64,000 nucleotides of DNA from a bacterium. GTDB lineage: Bacteria; Elusimicrobiota; Elusimicrobia; UBA1565; UBA9628. Position numbers and translations under genes: made by a program. The notes beneath the pieces were generated by a model. That model was not told the origin of the DNA and ran no database searches. It was given only the letters and a program-made list of their open reading frames with translations. Location of the stretch: contig JAJXVH010000010.1 in assembly GCA_021782205.1 (NCBI GenBank), positions 75 to 64,074 on the forward strand, read 5' to 3'. Shown one piece after another: positions 25,436 through 33,307 of the stretch; the first letter of the stretch is position 1, and each line of letters starts with the position of its first letter.

Positions 25436-26880
25436 GGACCTCGCTAGTCTGGCTGCGCGCGGACCTGCGTCTGCAGGACAATCCCGCGCTTCAGGAGGCC
25501 GCCCGCGCGGGGGCCGTGCTCCCGGTCTACGTTTGGTCGCCGCAGGAGGAAGGGGCGTGGCCTGAGGGCGCGGCTTCGCGCTGGTGGCTTCATGGAAGCT
25601 TGGAGTCCTTGGGGGCGGCGTTCGCGGCGCGCGGCGTGCGGCTGGTGCTGGCCGCGGGACCGGCGGCACGCGTTTTGGTCGAATCGGCGCGCGCGGCCGG
25701 GGCTCGGGCTGTGTATTTTTCACGCCGCGTCGAACCGGCGGCGGCGGCGCAGGAGCGGGAGGTCGCGCAAGCCCTGGCGGCCGCCGGCATCGAGGCGCGC
25801 GCCTTCCCGGCGAATCTTCTCTACGATCCGGACGCCGTGCGCGGGCGCGAGGGCAAGCCCTACCGCGTGTTCACGCCGTTTTGGTCGCGCTGCGCGGAAC
25901 TGCCGTCCCCGCCGCCGCCGTGCGGCGATCCCGGCGACCTGCGCGCGCCGGCGCGGGCGCCGCGCGGCCTGGCGCTGGCCGCGCTGGGTTTGAAGCCGAC
26001 GATCGGCTGGGACGCGGGTCTGGGAGAAAGCTTCGCGCCGGGAGAGGCGGGGGCGAGGCGGGAGCTGCGGAGATTTCTCGACGACGGCCTGACGGACTAC
26101 CGCACGGCGCGCGATCTGCCCGCGCGCGCCGGTACGTCGCGCCTCTCCGCGCGCCTGCACTTCGGCGAATTGAGCGTGGGCCGGGTCTGGAAGGAGGCGA
26201 GTCGGCGCGCGCCTGCGGCGAACATGAAAGGGGGATTTTTAAGCGAACTGGGCTGGCGGGAGTTCGCGCACCACGTTCTCCATCACCAGCCGCAAACGCC
26301 GGAGGAGCCGCTCGACGCGCGCTTTTCCAGATTCGACTGGCGGCGCGACGACGCCGGGCTGAAGGTCTGGCGCCGCGGCAAGACCGGCTATCCCATCGTG
26401 GACGCGGGCATGCGCGAATTGTGGCGTACCGGCTGGATGCACAACCGCGCGCGGATGATCGTCGCCTCGTTTCTGTGCAAGGACCTGCTGATCGATTGGC
26501 GCGAGGGCGCGCGCTGGTTCTGGGACACCCTGGTGGACGCCGATCTGGCGGCCAACACCTTGGGCTGGCAGTGGACGGCGGGCTGCGGCGCGGACGCGGC
26601 ACCTTTCTTCCGAGTCTTCAACCCGATTCAGCAGGGCGTGCGTTGGGACGAGGACGGCGCGTACGTCAAGCGCTGGGTGCCGGAGCTTTCGCGCCTGCCT
26701 GCGCGCTGGATTCACGAGCCGTGGTCCGCGCCGCTCGAGGTGCTGCGCGAAGCCGGCGTGGAACTGGGCAAGAACTACCCGCGTCCCGTCGTCGAGCATG
26801 CGCAGGCGCGTCTGCGCGCGCTGGCGGCCTTCGCGCGCCGCGACCCGCGCGCCGCCGCCGGGGCGGGGGGCGCGCCGTGA
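25432..26880 (+). CDS. phrB: deoxyribodipyrimidine photolyase (CPD photolyase/cryptochrome family)
   Basis: Start moved to MRTSLVWLRADLRLQDNPAL (ATG 25432, ATGA overlap with the regulator). FAD-binding TGYPIVDAGMRELWRTGWMHNRARMIVASFL and WQWTAGCGADAAPFFRVFNP. Confidence 0.9.
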   Translation: MRTSLVWLRADLRLQDNPALQEAARAGAVLPVYVWSPQEEGAWPEGAASRWWLHGSLESLGAAFAARGVRLVLAAGPAARVLVESARAAGARAVYFSRRVEPAAAAQEREVAQALAAAGIEARAFPANLLYDPDAVRGREGKPYRVFTPFWSRCAELPSPPPPCGDPGDLRAPARAPRGLALAALGLKPTIGWDAGLGESFAPGEAGARRELRRFLDDGLTDYRTARDLPARAGTSRLSARLHFGELSVGRVWKEASRRAPAANMKGGFLSELGWREFAHHVLHHQPQTPEEPLDARFSRFDWRRDDAGLKVWRRGKTGYPIVDAGMRELWRTGWMHNRARMIVASFLCKDLLIDWREGARWFWDTLVDADLAANTLGWQWTAGCGADAAPFFRVFNPIQQGVRWDEDGAYVKRWVPELSRLPARWIHEPWSAPLEVLREAGVELGKNYPRPVVEHAQARLRALAAFARRDPRAAAGAGGAP

Positions 26881-27812
26881 CGCCGGCGTCCGCGGCGACG
26901 GCGGCGGTTGGAAAACTTCGCTTCGGCTTCGCCTGCATCCCGCTGGGCCTGCCCCAGCCCGTCGTGCGTACCTGCCGCCTTGAAAACGCGACGCCTTCGC
27001 GTCTGCGCGAACTCATTGAGGCGAACCTTGCGGCGCTGGATGCCTGCTTGGACTACGTCGCGCGCTTGAATCTGGAGCTTTTCCGGATCAACTCGGGCGT
27101 CATCCCTTTCGCGTCTCATCCGGTCAACGGCTTACCGTGGACCCGGCTCTATGCCGCGCCGCTGGCCGCGCTGGGGCGCAAGGCGCGGCGGCTGGGACTG
27201 CGGCTGTCCATGCATCCGGGACAGTTCACGGTGCTTAATTCTCCGTCTCCCGACGTCGTCGCGGCGTCGGTCGCGGAGTTGAAGTATCACGCCGATTTTC
27301 TGGACGCGCTCGGCATGGCGCAGGACAGCAAGGTCGTCATTCATTTGGGCGGCGTCTACGGCGACAAGCCCGCCGCGCTGCGGCGCCTGGACGGGGCCTG
27401 GGCGCGCCTGCCGCGAGACGTGCGGCGCAGGCTCGTCTTGGAAAACGACGAACGTCTGTATTCGGCGCAGGAGGCGCTTGACGCCGCCGAGCGCCTGGAC
27501 GCGCCGATGGTCTTCGACCGCTTCCATCACCGCGTCTACGGCGGACCTTCCGGCGCGCCGGTCGCCGCGCTGTTGAGGCGCGCGGTGAAAACCTGGCGGC
27601 GTCGCGACGGGAGGCCGAAGGTGCATTTTTCGTCGCAGGCCGCCGGAGAGAAGGCGGGAACGCACGGCGAGACGATCGTGAAAGGTGAATTCGAGGAATT
27701 TCTGGAGGAATCGCGCGGCATCGACCTGGACGTGATGGTCGAGGCGCGCGCCAAGGAGGCGGCCGCCTTGGAGGCGCGCGACTGGGCGCGGCAGGCCGGG
27801 AGGACGAAATGA
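26877..27812 (+). CDS. uvsE: UV damage endonuclease
   Basis: Only the last 311 codons of the 742-aa track ORF are real. GTG 26877 overlaps the phr stop (GTGA). UvdE motifs are FRINSGVIPFASHP, LSMHPGQFTVLNSP and VVIHLGG. Confidence 0.85.
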   Translation: MTPASAATAAVGKLRFGFACIPLGLPQPVVRTCRLENATPSRLRELIEANLAALDACLDYVARLNLELFRINSGVIPFASHPVNGLPWTRLYAAPLAALGRKARRLGLRLSMHPGQFTVLNSPSPDVVAASVAELKYHADFLDALGMAQDSKVVIHLGGVYGDKPAALRRLDGAWARLPRDVRRRLVLENDERLYSAQEALDAAERLDAPMVFDRFHHRVYGGPSGAPVAALLRRAVKTWRRRDGRPKVHFSSQAAGEKAGTHGETIVKGEFEEFLEESRGIDLDVMVEARAKEAAALEARDWARQAGRTK

Positions 27813-28258
27813 GCGTGAAAATATTCCTGCGTGAACAGCTTCTGCCTCGGCCGCGGGCCGAGGTCTTCCGCTTCTTCGAGACGCCCGAGAATCTGGCGCG
27901 CTTGACCCCGCCGCGCCTGGGCTTCGAGGTCCTGACGCCGTCGCCCATCCGCATGCGGGAAGGCGCGTTGATCGACTACCGCGTGCGGCCGCTGGGATTT
28001 CCCCAGCGCTGGACGACCTACATCGAGTCCTACGATCCTCCGCGGCGCTTCAGCGACGTGCAGTTGCGCGGACCCTACGCCTACTGGCACCACACGCACA
28101 CGTTCGAGGAGGCCCTCGGCGGCACGAAAATGACCGACGAGGTGCGCTATATTCTGCCCTACGGACCCTTCGGCGCGCTGGCGGCGCCGCTGATCGCGGC
28201 GGAGTTGGCGCGCATCTTCGCCTTTCGGGCGAAGACCGTCGCGGCGCTTCTGCGCTGA
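27809..28258 (+). CDS. SRPBCC (START/cyclase-dehydrase-like) family protein
   Basis: 149 aa. VFRFFETPENLARLTPP...YAYWHHTHTFE is typical of the COG4276-type SRPBCC group. ATGA overlap with uvsE. Confidence 0.75.
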   Translation: MSVKIFLREQLLPRPRAEVFRFFETPENLARLTPPRLGFEVLTPSPIRMREGALIDYRVRPLGFPQRWTTYIESYDPPRRFSDVQLRGPYAYWHHTHTFEEALGGTKMTDEVRYILPYGPFGALAAPLIAAELARIFAFRAKTVAALLR

Positions 28259-28280
28259 AGTAGGGTATAATGTCGGCCGT

Positions 28281-28352
28281 GCCGGGGTAGCTCAACGGTA
28301 GAGCAATCGCTTCGTAAGCGATAGGTTGTGGGTTCGAATCCCATCCCCGGCT
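28281..28352 (+). tRNA. tRNA-Thr (anticodon CGU)
   Basis: Hand-folded cloverleaf: acceptor GCCGGGG/CCCCGGC, D arm GCTC-AACGGTA-GAGC, anticodon arm ATCGC-TTCGTAA-GCGAT, variable loop AGGTT, T arm GTGGG-TTCGAAT-CCCAT, discriminator T. 72 nt, no encoded CCA. TATAAT at 28266-28271 lies 9 nt upstream. Confidence 0.9.
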
Positions 28353-28455
28353 TTCTATTTCTAGCAGGCTGCTGAAAAACCACTGGCGCGCTGAAAATGG
28401 TGACTTCCGCGTCAGTCGATTTTTTTAGTCGGGATTCGTCCCGCTCTATTTTCGG

Positions 28456-28695
28456 CTAAACGGCGGCCTGGCGGGTTGCGATCCGCTTGAGGTTGAGCAC
28501 CCAGCCGATCATGAATGCTTCCTGACGAACGTTTTTGAGCTGTCGCCGAGCAAAGCGTCGCAATCCGTGCAGTTCTTTGCCCTCGCCCCAAAGTTCCTCG
28601 ATCTTCTTTCGGGCACGCTGACTCAGCGTGCCAGCCGATGCTCGTATTTTCCTTCGAACCTCGACGGTGAGTTCCGTCCCGGCAACAGCGGTCAC
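28456..28695 (-). pseudogene. C-terminal remnant of an IS5/IS1182-type DDE transposase
   Basis: 79-aa ORF. SQRARKKIEELWGEGKELHGLRRFARRQLKNVRQEAFMIGWVLNLKRI matches the conserved C-terminal block of these transposases (R..IE..FG..K...GLRRF..RGL..V..E......NLKRL). No DDE core and no inverted repeats are present. Confidence 0.5.
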
Positions 28696-28841
28696 GCCAG
28701 CCTCTCAGTCGTGCTGCGCGCAGACCACTCCAGCTTCTGCGCTGGTTCGGCTCTCACTGATATCCGCGCGCGGCGGGGCCCCGGCCGTTTTCCGCCTTGA
28801 ATGTCGTATCATTATCGACCGTGAAGGATGCCTCGGCGACG

Positions 28842-31400
28842 ATGCGGCGCTGGTTGCTTGTCGCCTGCCATTTCGTTGGGCCGCTGATCTTCTTCACGAA
28901 CCTGACGCGCAATCCCTACGAAGGTCAGATCGCGCTGGTGCAGGCGGGATTGGCGCTCGGCCTGGCGGTCTGGGCGTGGGACGAAGCACGTCGACCCGGC
29001 GGCTGGCGGCCGCCGCAGCTTCCGGTTTCCCTGCCGCTGGCGCTGTTCGCGGCGCTCTGGGTCTTGAGCCTGGCTCGCTCATGGCTGGTCCACCCCGCGT
29101 TCTTCCGCCCGTCGATCGCGGCGTTGGGACTGCACGCGCTTTTCTTTCAGGGATCCGTCTGTGCCGCGGCGTTCCTGCTGGCGGCCGGGATCGCGGCGCG
29201 CGACGACGGCTCCGTGGACGTGTCGTTGGGCGCGTGGGTGGGCTTCGCACTGGGTTGGGGGTTGTTGTGGACGTTGTATCCGCAGGTTCGGGCCGCCGTC
29301 TACGCTCCGCCCGAGGACTTGTGGGCTTTTTTCTGGGATCCATACGGCGCGCTAGTCTGGTCGCTGGGCCTGGCCGGCGTCCTGCGCCTGACGCGGCGCG
29401 GGCGCGTGACGGATTTTCTTCACCTGGCGTTGTGCGTGGGCTTCTTGGCCTCGGCCTACGGCGTTCTGCAATATTTCAACCTGGATTTCATCTGGCCGTA
29501 CGCGCTGAATCCTTACGGGGGCCGTGCGGTTTCGACGTTCGGCAACCCTAACTTTCTCTCCAGCTACGACGTTGCACTGATGCCCATTGCGCTGGCGCTG
29601 TTCTTGACCGAACGGAAGACGGCTCGACGTGTCGTTTACGCGGGGGTGTTCTTGACGCTGGAGGGCGCTTTGCTGGCCACGCTCACGCGCTCGTCGTGGG
29701 TGGGCGCGGGCGCGGCTTGTTTTGCTCTGGCCGCCTTCGCTCCCCTGCGCGAGCGTCTGCGACGCGACGCGCGCTTCGTCGGGCTTCTTCTGGCGGCCGC
29801 GGCCGCGCTCGCCGTGCTGTGGCCGTCCAGTTCGATCACGACCGGCTACACACCCACGGTGGTGGACCGCCTGACCGAGATCGGTGCTTTTCTCAAGCGC
29901 GACGGTTCCTACAGCCCTCTGCACCAGCGCGTGCTGATCTGGGGCAGCGCGTGGCTGATGGGCCGCGAAGCGCCCCTGCTGGGCAAGGGCGCGGGAGTCT
30001 TCGAGTTGTTCTATCCTTTTTATCAAGGCACGATGCTACACGCCTACCCGTTCTTCCACAACATGCGCACGCACGCCAACAACGCGCACAACGAGATCGT
30101 GGAGAATTTCGCGCAGGTGGGTCTGCTGGGCTTGGGCGCGTTCCTGGCCTTCTGGGCCGCGTTCTTCGAAGCGGCGCGGCGCTGGGGGCGCGGCCGCGCG
30201 GGCGCGGACCCGCTGTGGACGGGCGCGGTGGCCGGCTGCGCGGGCGTGCTGGTCGACAACCTGCTCAACGTTTCCTTGCACTTCACTGTGCCCGCCTTCC
30301 TATTTTGGTGGCTGGCTGGTACCGCCATGGGACGCGGCGAGCGCGAGGGCGCGACCACGCCTGCGCGGATTCTGCCGCAAGGGGCTGGCCGCGCCGCGGC
30401 GGCGGCGCTGACCCTGGCCGCCGCGGCCACGGTCTGGGTTTCGGTCCGGGTTTGGCGGCGCGAGGCCTGGTATTTTGCCGGGTTCAAGCGCTCGAAGGGA
30501 GGCGATCTGGTTCTGGCTCAAAGCGACCTGGAGCGCTCGCGCGCGATCGGCCCGCGGGAAGTCAACGCGCTCTATGAATTGGGCAACGTCTACGCGCGTG
30601 GTTCGCATCCGCACAAGGCCTCGGGCGCCTACCGCGCCGCGCTCTCGGCCAACGCCGGCTACGACGAAATTTACTTCAACCTGGGAACCCTCGACAACAC
30701 GGTGCTTGCCCGCCCCGACGAGGCGCGCGGACTTTATCAGGTCGCCTGGGCCATCAATCCCTTGTCGAGCGGCCTCGATAACGCGCTGAGCGCGATCTAT
30801 CTGCGCGATCCCGCCCGGGACGGCGACGCCGCTGAGCAGGTCCTGCGCCAAGCCACGCGCGATTTTCCGGAGAATCCCGACCACTGGAACAACCTGGGCT
30901 ACGTGCTGGCCGCGCGTCGCGACTGGCCGGGCGCGGAAGCGGCCTACACGCGCGCCTTGGAACTCGCCCCCGACATGCCGACGGCCCTGCGCAATCTGGA
31001 GAGCGAGTCCGCGCAGTCCGGGCGTCCTCCGGCGCCCATCCTGCGGGCGCTGCGCGACCTTCAGACCGTGACCGCCGCCGTCGCGCGCCGCGACTCCTCC
31101 GACGCGACGCTGGCGCGGGCCGCTGCCGTCGTGCGCCTGGCGCCGGACATCTTGAAGGGACGCTTTTTGTATGGCAGCCTTCTGCTGGCTCGCGGCCGGG
31201 CCGCTGCCGCGCTGCCCGAATTGGAATACGTGGTCTCCCGCCTTCCCTCCAAGGCCGCGCCACGCCTGAACCTGGGCGCGGCCTACCGCGCGTTGGGCCG
31301 CGAGGCCGAGGCTCGGACGCAATTTCAGGCGGCGATCTCTGACGAGCCGAACAATCCCCAGGTGCTCGCTCAACTTCGCGCGCTGGGCGCGATCAAATGA
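28842..31400 (+). CDS. O-antigen ligase (Wzy_C)-family polytopic membrane protein fused to C-terminal TPR repeats
   Basis: About 852 aa from ATG 28842 (track start is TTG 28797). Roughly 11 TM segments. The Wzy_C-like core is TRSSWVGAGAA...HAHNEIVENFAQVGLLGLGAF. The C-terminal 330 aa or so carry TPR repeats (ALYELGNVYARG, WNNLGYVLAARRDW, AEAAYTRALELAPD). Confidence 0.8.
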   Translation: MRRWLLVACHFVGPLIFFTNLTRNPYEGQIALVQAGLALGLAVWAWDEARRPGGWRPPQLPVSLPLALFAALWVLSLARSWLVHPAFFRPSIAALGLHALFFQGSVCAAAFLLAAGIAARDDGSVDVSLGAWVGFALGWGLLWTLYPQVRAAVYAPPEDLWAFFWDPYGALVWSLGLAGVLRLTRRGRVTDFLHLALCVGFLASAYGVLQYFNLDFIWPYALNPYGGRAVSTFGNPNFLSSYDVALMPIALALFLTERKTARRVVYAGVFLTLEGALLATLTRSSWVGAGAACFALAAFAPLRERLRRDARFVGLLLAAAAALAVLWPSSSITTGYTPTVVDRLTEIGAFLKRDGSYSPLHQRVLIWGSAWLMGREAPLLGKGAGVFELFYPFYQGTMLHAYPFFHNMRTHANNAHNEIVENFAQVGLLGLGAFLAFWAAFFEAARRWGRGRAGADPLWTGAVAGCAGVLVDNLLNVSLHFTVPAFLFWWLAGTAMGRGEREGATTPARILPQGAGRAAAAALTLAAAATVWVSVRVWRREAWYFAGFKRSKGGDLVLAQSDLERSRAIGPREVNALYELGNVYARGSHPHKASGAYRAALSANAGYDEIYFNLGTLDNTVLARPDEARGLYQVAWAINPLSSGLDNALSAIYLRDPARDGDAAEQVLRQATRDFPENPDHWNNLGYVLAARRDWPGAEAAYTRALELAPDMPTALRNLESESAQSGRPPAPILRALRDLQTVTAAVARRDSSDATLARAAAVVRLAPDILKGRFLYGSLLLARGRAAAALPELEYVVSRLPSKAAPRLNLGAAYRALGREAEARTQFQAAISDEPNNPQVLAQLRALGAIK

Positions 31401-31494
31401 ACACTTGCCATGGCGGCCATATGTCCGCAATAATTCAGCAATCGCTATCGTTTATCCTGCCGTGGAAGGCTCCCGGAGTCGGGGGCCTCATTGT

Positions 31495-33306
31495 ATGCCC
31501 GACCTGAAAATCACTATTATCCTCGCGCTTTGCCTGGCAGGGTCCTCCGTCCGCGCTCAGGACTCAGGCGACGAGCATCCTAGGCTGAGCCGTCAGATGA
31601 AATCCGCCATCCACCTTTATGAAGTCGGCGACGACATGGAGTCCATGAATCGCTTCATGGACATTCTGACGCACGGCGACCCGTCCGAGCGGCCGATGGC
31701 GAATCAGTATCTGAATTTAATTACGAAGCGCATGAGCAGTTCTGGAGGAGCGGGCGGCGCTCCGGCGGCTCCCGCCCCGGCGCCGACGCCCGCGCCCGTC
31801 CAGCCCCCGGTGGCCGTGGAATCCTCGGAGCCCGCGCCTCCGCCGGCTCCAGCCCCGAAGCCGGTGGAGGAAAATGTTCCGGTGGTCAAGCCGCCATCCT
31901 CTTCGGCGGAGCCGATGAGCGCGGCCAATAAGGTGTTGATGCGTCAGGAGATTCAGGCGCGCCTTCGCGCCGCGCAGGAGAAGAGCGTGGCGGATCTGCG
32001 CGAGCTCGACGGCGTGCGCGTGATCATGCGGGCCAACGGCAAGCCGGCCGCCATCGGCATACCGTCGCCGCTATTGTTCCGTTCCGGGATTTCCTTTCAA
32101 CGCGACGCGGGGCGCATCCTGGACCCGCTGACGAAGCTGGTTTTCGCGCTGGGCGAAACCCAGGTCGTGATTCTGCCCGAAGGCACGGCCATCGGCGACG
32201 CGAAGGTTTTGGACATGCGCCGCACGATGGGCATCTCGGCGCATCTCTACGAAGAGGGCGTGGCGCCTCCGCGCGTGCGCGTGAACCTGCTGAACACTCA
32301 GGTCGATCTGCCCCGCGGCCTGCTGGACTTCAAAGGCGTGGTGATCACTTTCGTGTATGACCAACCAATGAACCTAGAGGCCGAAAGCGAGGTGGGCGAC
32401 GAACTTGGCCCGCCCATCTCCTTGGGCGTTTTCCCGCCGCAACTGCGGCCCTCGCGCAATCAGGGCGCGATCATCGAGTTCTCGGTCTCCGATCCGCCAT
32501 CGGGCCTGACCTCGTGGAAATTCCAGCTCCTTCAGCCCGCCGCCGGGGGGGAGGAATTGGCGCCGCTGCAGGAGGTCATCGGAGGAGGCCCCGTGTTCCA
32601 TCAAATCTTTTGGAACGCGCGGCAGAACTATTTTGGCGCGCCGTTGGCACCGGGGCGCTACGAGTGCGTGCTGACCGCCACGGACACGAAGAACCGTCAG
32701 CGCGCCCTGCATCGCTGGATCACCGTCTTGGGCGAAAGCGAACCGGAGGAAAATCTGCTGGCGACGCCCGCCGAAAAGGTCCAGGCTGCGACGGTCGTGA
32801 GCGCGTCTGTCGCCGCTCCGGCCGCTCCGGGGGATGCTCTCCCCGGCGGCGACGCTCCCGCCCCTTTGGTCAAAGGCGTGAAGGCCGACGCGGAGATCGC
32901 GCCGAAGCCCGCTCATGTTCAGAAACCGACGCGGCGCGTGGCGAAACGAGCGGGGCGAAAGAAGAAGGTTCACGCGAAGGCCCAGCCCGATTCGAGCGAC
33001 GCCGCAGCCGCCAAGCCCGGGCGCTACAAGCTTAAATTCGATCCGACCACTCATGAATTGACGGCCGCGGCTGAACGCGCGTTGGCCAAGGCGGCGGGAG
33101 CGTTCGCGCCCGGGGGAACGTTGAAGGTCATCGGGCACGCCGGCCCCGATGAGGCCGATGCCGCCGCTCTGGCCGATCGGCGCGCGAAGCTGGTCGTCGG
33201 CCTGCTGATCAACCGATATCAGATCGACCCGAAGAGCATCGAGATGTCGACGTCCGACGCGTCCGACGTGGCGATGGTCGAGGTGATCGTGGGCGGCAAG
33301 GACTAG
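31495..33306 (+). CDS. secreted OmpA/MotB-like domain protein with Pro/Ala-rich linkers (first gene of the pilus cluster)
   Basis: Start moved to MPDLKITIILALCLAGSSVRAQ (signal peptide). The central region (PSPLLFRSGISFQRDAGRILDPLTKLV...VILPEGTA) and C-terminus (VIGHAGPDEADAAALADRRAKLVVGLL) look like degenerate OmpA_C peptidoglycan-binding modules, judged by eye. Confidence 0.55.
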   Translation: MPDLKITIILALCLAGSSVRAQDSGDEHPRLSRQMKSAIHLYEVGDDMESMNRFMDILTHGDPSERPMANQYLNLITKRMSSSGGAGGAPAAPAPAPTPAPVQPPVAVESSEPAPPPAPAPKPVEENVPVVKPPSSSAEPMSAANKVLMRQEIQARLRAAQEKSVADLRELDGVRVIMRANGKPAAIGIPSPLLFRSGISFQRDAGRILDPLTKLVFALGETQVVILPEGTAIGDAKVLDMRRTMGISAHLYEEGVAPPRVRVNLLNTQVDLPRGLLDFKGVVITFVYDQPMNLEAESEVGDELGPPISLGVFPPQLRPSRNQGAIIEFSVSDPPSGLTSWKFQLLQPAAGGEELAPLQEVIGGGPVFHQIFWNARQNYFGAPLAPGRYECVLTATDTKNRQRALHRWITVLGESEPEENLLATPAEKVQAATVVSASVAAPAAPGDALPGGDAPAPLVKGVKADAEIAPKPAHVQKPTRRVAKRAGRKKKVHAKAQPDSSDAAAAKPGRYKLKFDPTTHELTAAAERALAKAAGAFAPGGTLKVIGHAGPDEADAAALADRRAKLVVGLLINRYQIDPKSIEMSTSDASDVAMVEVIVGGKD

Positions 33307-33307
33307 G

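Noticed and set aside
25584-26876. N-terminal 431 codons of the 742-aa track ORF 25584-27812
   Set aside because: This part overlaps the photolyase out of frame and is Arg/Gly/Ala junk. UvsE homology only begins at GTG 26877, which overlaps the phr stop.
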